Shown here piece by piece: positions 15,511 to 26,300 of a DNA stretch of 64,000 nt. Position 1 is the stretch's first letter. Each line of letters starts with the position of its first letter. The translations under genes and the position numbers were made by a program. Under the pieces are notes generated by a model. The model ran no database searches, was not told the DNA's origin, and saw nothing but the letters and a program-made list of their open reading frames with translations. Origin of the DNA: Octopus sinensis (taxonomy: Eukaryota); contig NC_042998.1 of NCBI RefSeq assembly GCF_006345805.1, forward strand, positions 90,582,001-90,646,000, read 5' to 3'.

Positions 15511-16007
15511 TACCTAGAGGTCAATTACAAGGTGTGAGAGTGTTACTTATCATAGTGAAATTTCTTATAGTACTTTTAAGGGAATGGCATTACTTATTTA
15601 ACTTTATAATAGAAATTATGAAGTATTAGTAACTTATTTGATTTAAGTTGTGTTACCTAAATTAGATTAAATTAAATTAACTATATAGTCAATTAAACTT
15701 TTTTAGGCAACGTACAAATACTATTTATTTCTTTATGTTCCAAATCAGGTGCAGTTAGAGTGAAAGAAATAACCATAGTGTAAGAGCTCGCAGCTATCTA
15801 TTTAAAAATATATTAGAGTTTTGTTTTATTAGTAAAAGCAGGATAGATCTAGCTCCATACGATTATTCTATACGATTTTTATTTAAAATATTTTAGCGGT
15901 TAGAATTTCTTATTCAACCCTTTGGGATTTTTTGCGGAGAGTGAATGTGGTAACAAGAACAGGGCAGTGAGAACAAAACAGTAAAAACAAGCGGTGAGAG
16001 CTGTTAA

Positions 16008-16532
16008 GCCAAGAGAGTCATGAAAATCAAACATCCAGTCAACATCATGGTGTTTGGAGTGATCACTAGTGATGGTGACATTATGCTTCCATTCATGTTC
16101 CCACACAGCCTCACTCAACATGGAGGCATTCATCAAGTGCCTGGCAAGGTAGTTCTGCCCTGGGCCAAGAGAGTGGGAAAACCCTGTGTCTGGCAACAAG
16201 AATCTACCCTATGCCACACAAGCATGAGAATCCAGTCATGACTGTCAGACAGTTTCTGCGACCACATCACCCCTAACATCTAGCCACCAGAGACGAACTG
16301 AGGGCTAAGATCATGGCAGCATTCACCAACTTAAACAAGGGGACCATCCAGAAGAGTTGCAGGAGATTCCCAAGTTATTTGGAGGCCATGGTTGAAGTCA
16401 ATGGCGATTTTATTGAGTAAATTTACTCTTTAGTATCTCAAGATATTTTGATAAATATATCTGTTAGAATGAGATGTCAATGTTATATTCATTTTTGACT
16501 AATTTAGGCGACAATTTATCCACCACAGCCTG
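16008..16532 (+). mobile_element. maT/DD37D-like Tc1/mariner fragment (transposase C-terminus + right TIR), internally deleted
   Basis: MKIKHPVNIMVFGVITSDGDIMLPFMFP, VWQQES, DHITPNI, DELRAKIMAAFTNLN, EAMVEVNGDFIE*; end caatttatccaccacagcctg followed by TA. Confidence 0.8.
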
Positions 16533-16533
16533 T

Positions 16534-16660
<127 letters not shown>

Positions 16661-16981
16661 TCAGGCATATCTATGTGGTTAAGTTCTCTTCCAAACCACA
16701 TGATTTCAGGCTTAGTTCCACTGTATTTCACCTTGAGCAAGTACATGTGTATGTGTTTGTTATACATAATTTCTGTCTTTATATGAGAGAGGATAAGAGC
16801 TATAGATAGAGAGAGAGAGGTGGGGTAGATAGGAGATAAGTATAAGTGTACAAAATATTGAGAGCTAACGAGGGCTACGCAAAACAAATGACAATAGTAG
16901 TTTTGACATTTATGTAAGACTATAAATGCTGTTTTTTCATAACAAATTCATTAAATTTGTGTATTCATTTTTGCAGAACCC

Positions 16982-17016
<35 letters not shown>

Positions 17017-17264
17017 CAATGTGTATGTGTTAGACTTCCTTTATGCCTTGTCCTTTGGCCCAAATGTTCTATGTGTTAGTGTGTGTGTTCATGTGATGTG
17101 TGTCTGTGCTGTGAATGGATTTGTATTTATCTCTAAAAGTTGTATGTATGTATGTGTGTTTTCCATATGTCTATGCATGTTTTTTCTATTTCAGTAATGG
17201 TGACAACTGTTTGAAATGTTGTTTTGAAGCTTCTATGAGTCATATTCACTTCAAATATTTTTTT

Positions 17265-18605
17265 GCAAGCACAACTGCTAGAATAAGAATAGCCTGGGCA
17301 AAGTTTAGGGAGCTCTTACCTCTGCTGGTGACTAAAGGCCTCTCGCTCAGAGTAAAAGGCAGACTGTATGATGCGTGTGTACGAACAGCCATGCTACATG
17401 GCAGCGAAACATGGGCCATGACTGCTGAGGACATGCGTAAGCTCGTGAGGAATGAAGCCAGTATGCTCCGATGGATGTGTAATGTCAGTGTACATACTAG
17501 ACAGAGCCTTAGCACCTTGAGAGAAATGTTGTACCTAAGAAGCATCAGTTGTGGTGTGCAAGAGAGACGATTGCGCTGGTATGATCATGTGGCGAGAATG
17601 GATGAAGATGGGTGTGTGAGAAAGTGCCAATCCCTAGCAGTTGAGGGAACCCGTGGAAGAGGTAGACCCAGGAAAACCTGGGACGAGGTGGTGAAGCACG
17701 ACCTTCGAACTTTAGGCCTCACTGAGGAAATGACCAGCGACCGAGACCTTTGGAAATATTCTGTACGTGAGAAGACCAGGCAGGACAAGTGAGCCCAGCC
17801 CACTTATGAATGCCTTTCCTCCCTTGGACACAAAGACCGGTTGAGGCAAGCGAAGTCGATATAGAACCTCACCCGACGACAGACACCCATGCCAACCCCC
17901 CCATGCTTGCGAAGACATGTTGGGGCAATCGAAATCGAAACCGAATTGAACCAGCCAGGATCCCTGGCCTGGTGGTACGTAAAAAGCACTATCCGACTCG
18001 TGGCCGTGGCACGTAAAATACTCCAATGCGACTGTACGACAGGCACCCATGCCAACCCCCCTTTGCTTGTGAAGACATGTTGGGGCAAGCGAAATCGAAA
18101 TCGAATTGAACCAGCCAGGATCCCTGGTCTGGTGGTACGTAAAAAGCACTATCCGACTCGCGGCCGTGGCACGTAAAATACTCCAATGCGACCGTACGAC
18201 AGGCACCCATGCCAACCCCCTTTGCTTGTGAAGACATGTTGGGGCAAGCGGAATCGAATTGAACCAGCCAGGATCCCTGGTCCGGTGGTACGTAAAAAGC
18301 ACTATCCGACTCGTGGCCGATGCCAGCACCGCCTCGACTGGCTTCCGTGCCGGTGGCACATAAAATACACCAATCTGACCGTGGCCGTTGCCAGCCCCGC
18401 CTGGCACCTGTGCAGGTGGCACGTAAAAAGCACCCACTACACTCACGGAGTGGTTGGCGTTAGGAAGGGCATCCAGCTGTAGAAACATTGCCAGATTAGA
18501 CTGGAGCCTGGTGCAGCCTTCTGGCTTCCCAGAACCCTGGTCGAACCGTCCAACCCATGCTAGCATGGAGAACGGACGTTAAACGATGATGATGATGATG
18601 ATGAT
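17265..18605 (+). mobile_element. 5'-truncated RTE-clade LINE (ORF2 C-terminus, 3' UTR with 160-bp tandem repeat, (GAT)n tail)
   Basis: [51 protein letters not shown]; stop 17790-17792; tail (GAT)n to 18605. Confidence 0.93.
17876..18320 (+). repeat. 160-bp tandem repeat, ~2.8 copies, in RTE 3' UTR
   Basis: acgacag(a/g)cacccatgcc recurs at 17876, 18036, 18196. Confidence 0.95.
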
Positions 18606-18984
18606 TATATAGTGAAACATTTTCTCTTCACAACACTTTGCTTAGTCTAAAATTAAGGAATCTCCAAACAATTTTTATTTTGGTATCATAAAGAAAATAT
18701 ATAATCATAGAAATTAAAAATAACACATAGTATTTTTCAATATATTTTTGACTTAAAATTATTATTAGGAATACTATAATATTTTTAGTTCTAGAGCTAA
18801 AGATTATTATTAAAGGTATTTGAAAGTTAATTTTCTGTATTCTGACAATTTAATCATAAGCGATATGAAAAGATTAAATAGTATATCTGACATATCACTA
18901 TCACAATTATCATTATTTTTATTCATATTCTTGTATTTTCCTTTCTTCTGAATTATTTGTCACATTTTAGCTCCTTCTCACAGC

Positions 18985-19810
18985 TTAGAGACACAACACT
19001 TTTCTCAACACGTTCTGTTCCAAGTATTGCTACCAACTGTGTACTTCCTATGGAATTTAGGATTTGCAGCTTTTCATACCAGAATATTGCTTTCTTTAAG
19101 ATGGTACACTGATCACAATAAATCTCACTTGCATTTTTGAGGATCTATGGATGTTTTATTTCCAATGTTAGATCTTAGTACTTCTCAACTTTCTTGTTTT
19201 GTCTTCACAATAGTCAAGGTTGCAGGTATATCCATGTTGAATGTCCGTTCTTTGGGCTCCTTCTATAAGAGAGTGATATCTAGTTAGTTATGTTGCAGCT
19301 TCTTATCTATGTAGATTGGCATATGCCATGTGAGTTTCATCTGATCATTCTCTGCGACTGGAAAAGCTTAGTGCCCATACTTCCTACACAACTGCCAGTG
19401 TATTTGCACTGCTACTTTGTCATGGTATTTTCTAAACTCCTTTTGGGATAGTTTTGAGCATCCATTAATTGTATGTCTATCTCGAATGAATTTTCATGTA
19501 GTCTACACAAAGGTGATACTACTGTCTTAACAATGCTACACTTGATAGACTTCGTTTGTAAGGCTTGTTCTTGAGTGGCAAGGATCAGTTCTGCTGTGTC
19601 CTTCTTCAAAAATCCATGTCTTAACCATCTTCAGGATTTTTCATCAGCTTCATTCAATGTCTGCTGGAAAAACTCTCTTTGTAGAATTCTCTCTTTCCAG
19701 TTGATGATCTTTCCTTTATTATTCCTCAGTTTGTACTTCTGGAGGGTCTCATCATTGTCACTGATCACCTCCTCACTCAGTGCAGCCTGCAACATTTATT
19801 ACTGTTATGT
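18985..19810 (-). mobile_element. Degenerate R4/Dong-type (RLE-endonuclease) non-LTR 3' fragment
   Basis: Minus-strand WKERILQREFFQQ, WLRHGFLKKDTAELILATQEQALQT, SPLCRL, and terminal VAILGTERV (cf. LLGTARILRKVL); many stops and frameshifts. Confidence 0.8.
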
Positions 19811-20149
19811 TGTGATGTTGTTGAAAATTGAGTCAGCTTGTAATACACCTGGTAAATTGTATTTGGAAAATATGAAATAATTAAGCTATATCCATTGTTA
19901 ATTTCATGTTGCTGAAGACTGAGCATTTTTTTTTTGTTTTATTCATTTTTTTTTAATGATTTACTCATGAGAAAGGGTAGTAATCAGGACCTTGATGAGA
20001 GGGATGGTAGGAGGGAGGGAGAGAGGAAGAAATCAGACACTTAGAATGTAAACCTGGACTGAATGCTGGCAACAGCAGACACGACCAAAGACCTCAAGAC
20101 ATCACCAGGTGTAAGTCCAATTGAGTGTCAGATTTTGCCTACTATCCAA

Positions 20150-20340
20150 GAACCTATATAATCTGATAGGCTTCTACAGAATTTCTATCTTCCAAATTTC
20201 TATCTTCCAAATTTCATTGACAAAGCTTGGATCAAACCAAGGTTATCATGGAGGATACTTGTCCAGTGTGGCTCACAGTGGGATCAAGCTCAGAACAGTG
20301 TGATTGTGAAGTAAGCACCTTATCCACACAGCTATGTCTG
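20150..20340 (-). mobile_element. tRNA-derived SINE family A copy
   Basis: Reverse complement of the head + core seen at 46040-46190, more diverged. Confidence 0.55.
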
Positions 20341-20959
20341 CTTTGGATTTACTTGTCATATTGTTGACAAGTGAGCCCAGTTCTCTAAGCCTTTGGAATT
20401 GTAATTTGGCTTCATAAAGTGTTTTCTGCCTTGAATATTGCAAGAAACATTAATTTCAACTGCTAGATAAGCTTATATAATAAACATTGCCAAATCGAAG
20501 TTATACTTATTGAACATGCTGTCTTTGCATATTGATGTCTCATGAAATAAAGAGCAACCTACTTTATTAGTCATGCTTTGTATTCTTTATCATAAGATAT
20601 TTGTAACCTGGTTTTCCTAGTTACAGGTGAAAGCAGCTGTCAGAAAATTAAAACAAAAAACTGAACTGCAGATAAGGCTTGGTGAAGAAAGAATTTGTTC
20701 TTTATAGAGTCTAATCTTGTTTGATTATTATAATACTATTTATTTAAACCTCACATTGAAAGGGTAGTGCAGGTGACATTGAGAGGTCATGTTGCAACTT
20801 GAAAATTAGATGTTTAATATTTAGCATGAAAAAAGGTACAACACAGAATAAAGGGATGCTTGACTAGTATAAGTAAGGGCTTGACAAAAGTGTCAAGCAG
20901 AGGAAGGAGCACACATTTTATGAGAGTAGTTGATCAAGTAAATGACTGTCTTAGTGTAA

Positions 20960-21145
20960 TTTAGTAGGAATGTTGTTTAGCTCCAGGTAAACTCTGATCA
21001 AGCTTAAAAGAAATCCAACTTTTACTAACTTGTCTTCTTTGGTATATGTAGGACTGCATTATCTAATATATTCTTTAAGGCAATAAGTTGTTTCAATAGG
21101 GATTTGGTTGCTATTTCTAGTAGGTGAAGCAACCACATAGAAACT
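20960..21145 (-). repeat. Unclassified interspersed repeat (partial copies also near 240-290, 27078-27260 and 27285-27330)
   Basis: Shared motif tatgtggttgctt...ctagaaatagcagccaaat at several positions. Confidence 0.45.
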
Positions 21146-23235
21146 GCTAAGGAGGAGCTCAATGAAGGTATTGAGCTTAATGAAATGTATTCAAAGCCTG
21201 TATGATATCAGAAATTTTCTTTAAAGAATTAAGCAAGTCACCTTTATGACATGTGATTGTGTTAAGAGCCATGAAAGTGTAAGATAGAATAATTTGTAAC
21301 ATAAAGAAATAAGTCCCTTTTTAGGGATAATCTCTGAGAATTTAGGTTGTCAGCTAGTTTGTCTTTGAAATAAATAATGCAAGTATTCTGGTTTTATTAA
21401 ATGTTATCAGGTTGTCAAGATTTTATAAAAGGATATGATAAAAATCTTTGGAAGTGACTTAGCAGGACCTGACAATATTAACAATTAACTGAGCCTGGTA
21501 TCTGAAAGAAAAGTGGATTCAGTTCTAATAAAAGAATGTTTAGAATTAGTGATGTTTGTTAAACTGTTATGTATGAAGAGGAAAAGAGTCAGTGAACTTC
21601 TGAGGAAACTGAAAATATTTACAATGCTGAGGTAATGTGCAGGTTTGACACATGCATCTTAGTATAGCCAGTGAAACACTCATTGAAGCAGGAGATTAGT
21701 TATAGGTATAATCCATAAGAAGGCATTCATCCAGATGTTTAACCAGTGACATTTTGTCAATACTTTTCATTATCACAATCCGATTTTTTTTAATGATTTT
21801 TTGATAATTTGTGTCAGTAAGAAAGATCTTCTGGCTTACAGATTACTAATTAACACAAACCCGACATTTCCTTAGTTATTGACATACTACTTGTTTTTTT
21901 TTCAACAGAAAATTTGGGAATGGGGTGGAATCATTTTTTTTTTTTTAAAGTTCAAAAGTCAATAAAATTATTTAAATTTGATTCTCTCAACTGAATACCT
22001 TTACATCAGAAAGTTGATGTCTTGCTATTGTATTTATAGAGGTAAATTGGCAGTTGTTAGAACATTAAACAAAAGATATTGTGGTACTCACACCTTGTAT
22101 TTCCAGTTCCAATTTTGCTGAGGTTAAATTTGCTTTTTATCTTTCTGGAATTGATAAAGTACCTGTCTAGGCTGGTGGACTGGCAGAAATGTTACAGCAT
22201 TAGATGGTGATGCCATTCAGCAATTTTTCTGGCTTTTTGATTGGGGTTCAAATCCCCCACCAGCCTACTTGGGTGGTAGACTTAATCTGTTTCCCAGTTT
22301 AACATGTCCACTTGGTCCCTTTAGCTCCTCAAACAGAGGTCCCTATGTTGCATGCATTCAGACAGAACTCAAATTTGAAGAGGCCTTGTAAGAAATCATG
22401 GGAACTGCTCTTCTTGATTAAAAGATAAAATAAAAGAAAGAGACTGACAGCCAAAGAACCAGCTGGTTATATCCTGCTACTGCAGTGTTGTGTCCATGAT
22501 CAAAACATATTGACCATTCCATTTATCTCTGAGCAAGTGTCACATTCATTACTGTAAGCCATAACAACACTGTAAAATTAACATTTTATCTTCTATCGTC
22601 ATACAGCTTGATGAAAGATATGCTTTGAGGTGTCTCTAAGAATCGATGGATTGTTGCAAGGTCTTTTGTTTGAGTTGAGCTGGTCAATGAAAAATACCCT
22701 TTAGAAGTATGCATTGCCATTGTCGAAGTGTGTGGCTTCATTAACATTGCGTAATGTACATGTAAATATCTTTGTTAGCTGTGAGAATAATAACTGAAAC
22801 AAACAAACAAACATTTAATTTGATACATAATATTTGGTGTTGACTAATTACAAATGAATAATGTTAATAATTGCTGACTGAGCGAAGAAAACTATTCTGA
22901 ACATATATAAAGTTATGTGTGTAACATGATGTGGTCAGTCCAAAAATACATTCATCTGTGCAAATCACCAAAGCAACCTGTGGCATCAGCGATCCATCAG
23001 CAAGAGTTGAGGCACATGAATCAGTTGGCTACCTTCAACACTCTGTGATTCATTGACTGAGCACCAAAGATGGTTTTTATGGAGGACAAAAAATTAAATT
23101 TTAGAGCATTCTAGAAAACTCACATCATGCCACTTAGGATAATGTACTCTGTTTTCTGATGTATTGTTTCAACCTCAATTATTTTATTAATTAGTGTATT
23201 ACTTCCTAATTTTCAAACCATATAATTATTTTCAG

Positions 23236-23393
23236 AGTGCATGAATTTCTTGGTGAAGTTCAATCTGTGGCCAAAGACAACAACTTTTTTGTTCCTGGAT
23301 TTAGTCCCACTGAAATGGATGAGATTCCTGGCATTTACAAGAGTATCATTGACAATCCTGCTGCTTTACATGACAGCTTTAAGAATGCAAAAA
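23236..23393 (+). CDS. ABCA2: ABCA2-like exon: [52 protein letters not shown]
   Basis: ttttcag acceptor, gtaagt donor, 158 nt open (phase 2 to 1); resembles ABCA2 VTQLLERLDRVVEEGNLFDP. Confidence 0.85.
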
Positions 23394-26300
23394 GTAAGTA
23401 ATGGTTTTAATTTTCCAAATAGATGATAATCTACTAGTTTGACAAATTATTTTATATAATTTGTGTTACATCAGTATGATTGACTTTTTTTATATGAGAT
23501 ACAGCTCTTTTTAAGTGGTACTCTTTTATAAAAATTTAATGGAAAAAGAATGAAAAACCTCAAGCTTATATCATTTAGAAATACAATATAGATTCTTATA
23601 ATATTTATTTTAGCATATGTCCATTGTGTGAAAATGTATGTTTACATGTGTTGAACAGCTGATAAATGCCTATCTGGATAAATGAAATATTTTCAAACTC
23701 CATTTTTGATTTGATGGTGTTTTGTATGGTTCGATACTCTTTCTGTGAACAGTTTCTATAAAGTAGGCAGTCAGCATTATTATGGTACTCACATAGTTGT
23801 CGAATCTAACATTCTTCCCCTATTTCATGTTGATTTTTCTTTTGAATGTTCTTTTGTTGGATAGGTTACTTTTACTACATGGTTCACTTACACGCCCTAC
23901 ACTCTTCATTTGATACATTAACAAACTGCTTGCTGTCAACTGTAATAATGCTTACTTTTAATGCAGTCAATACCACACATCACCTCTTCCTTGCATTTCA
24001 CACACAAGTATCCACTATATGTCCACTACATGCTCCTTGAAAATACTCTCACCTGCCAACGATGTTCCTTTTGTAACTCACTAAATCCACCTGTATGTAT
24101 CTCTTTCTCTGTGCATCTTCTCTCTTCACCTCATCTTACGACTTTCTAGTACTGCTGTTCTAACCCATTTCTTTTTTCTTTAAAGTATTACCCCTACCAT
24201 TTCATCCTCGATGATCTACTTCCATTTTTCTTACATTCACCTAAACTGTAACGCCATGCCTCCATTTCATTGCTTTCACTTTTTCCTCCATCTTTGTTAT
24301 CTGTCACTCTCCTTTTACACTCTTGTAAACTTACCCACATTCCAAGCCATCCTTGATTCAATTCTCTGCATCTATTCTGTCTCTATCCACCTTCTTGTCC
24401 CCCCCACCCCACGTAACTCCCTGATACCTCATCTCCACTTTCCTTTCTCCCTTACCTTCTGGGATAGCCATGAATCTCCTCTACAGCAAGACACCTCTTC
24501 TTGTCCCTCTGTCATACTTTAGTTTCTCAACATCTGACACAAAGCCACCTCCCTTAATACTGCACTCCCACTCTGTGGAAAGAGTCTAGTCTTGTGAATT
24601 ATTTGGTGATCCCATTACTGCTAGTACAAAGGAGAAAAAAAAAACACCCAGTACACTCTGTAGTGTAGTTAAGAAGGGCATTCAGCCTAAGAAACCTTAT
24701 CAAAGCACACATTGGAAACCAACACTGTCCACAAATTAGGCAGATCTTGTTGAGCCATCCAATCCATGCCAGTATGGAATTCTGATGTTAAATGATGATT
24801 TGTTATCCCCTACAATCTTCATACTAAACTTGCATTGTTTCAATGAACAGATTTCGACAACTTACTCTAAAACAAGCACAATGATCTAATTGCTTTCCAA
24901 CAGCCCAAAAACAACTTATGTTAAGGAAATAATTGTACCTCACCCTCTCTAGTCTTTGACAACATGCATTTAAAATCCTCAAAGCCACTATAAATTCTAA
25001 GCTTTCCAATCTGATGCCTCTCTCACATAGTAGCACTCAAGCTGCATCTTGAAGACCTACATTTCCTGTTTAGAAAACGTTCCAGCTCTGAACAGCTGTT
25101 GACCCTCCTCAAAACTCAAGTATGATTCACAATGGAGTACCACTATTGCTACATAGAAACATCCATACCAGCACAGCTTTCTTTCCCTTGTACAGTACAG
25201 CTGATTTCTCTTTTTTTTTTCTTCTTTCACATTCAATTTAACATTTGTGTTAGGGTTAGTATAGTTTCTGATACAAATTTTTTTGGGATTGATAACTATA
25301 CAGTTCTATATTTAAGAGATGAGGAATTATGTACATTATTTACATTTGACAGATATTTGTCCTCATCTTGTTTGTTGTAAACACAACGTTTCAGCTGATA
25401 TACCTTCCAGCCTTCATTAGGTGTCTTGGGGAAATTTTGAACCTGGGTTCTCATTCCTAAGGTATTTTTTGATATCATCATTATTATTATTACCATACAG
25501 GTCACTGCCTGGAATCGAACTCGGAATCTTGGAGTTAGTAGCCCATGCTTTTTAATCACAGTCATATGGCATAGTGGTTAAGAGCACAGGTTACTAAATC
25601 CAAGATTCCGAGTTCGATTCCAGGCAGTGACCTGAATAATAATAATGATAATAATAATAATAATAATAACATTGAAAAATATTTTAAGAATGAGAACCCA
25701 GGTTTGAAATTTCCCCAAGATACCTGATGAAGGCTGGAGGGTATATCAGCCAGAACGTTTTAACAACAAACAAGATGATGACAAATATCCGTCAAATGTA
25801 AATAATGTTGATAACTGTAGATTAGATAAGAGAATAAGGCTTTGAGGATTGATTGTAATTCTCTATGATAAACAAAATGAACGTCAAATATTTGCGTTGC
25901 TCTCTACATTTTGTGGGGTCTATGTTAAGTATCAGATACTTCGCTATTGGTGCATACATCTAAAAATCTAATATAGTCAGAATAAATAACTTGTCTATGT
26001 TCATTTCAATTTTTAAGTTTGACATTTGTTTTCGTACTTCTATTTTAATTTTTTGTATTTCATTTTAAAGATACTTCATAAAAAGCCTTTAATAAAATAT
26101 ATTTTCAGTACCATTTGCATATTTATTTTCTTTACATCTACTTTCCATGCTGGCATAGGTTTAACTGGTCATCACAGTTTGAATCAATTCTTGAGTTACT
26201 TATGTTTGACTTGTACTATTTTTCATAGTTTCTGTGGCTGGAGGCCCTCCATATACAAGCCACTTTTCAGAAAGTGCTATGTGTATTTGTTCATGTCACC

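Noticed and set aside
23241-23426. ORF-track peptide [12 protein letters not shown]...
   Set aside because: Wrong frame; the real exon is in another frame (VHEFLGEVQ...).
25040-25090. Second hammerhead-like string (CTTGAAGA...GAAAACGTT)
   Set aside because: The core deviates from CUGANGA and no helix I or II pairing can be drawn.
25564-25634. Functional tRNA gene
   Set aside because: A and B boxes are present, but the acceptor and anticodon stems are degenerate and the sequence continues into a repeat body; it is a SINE head.
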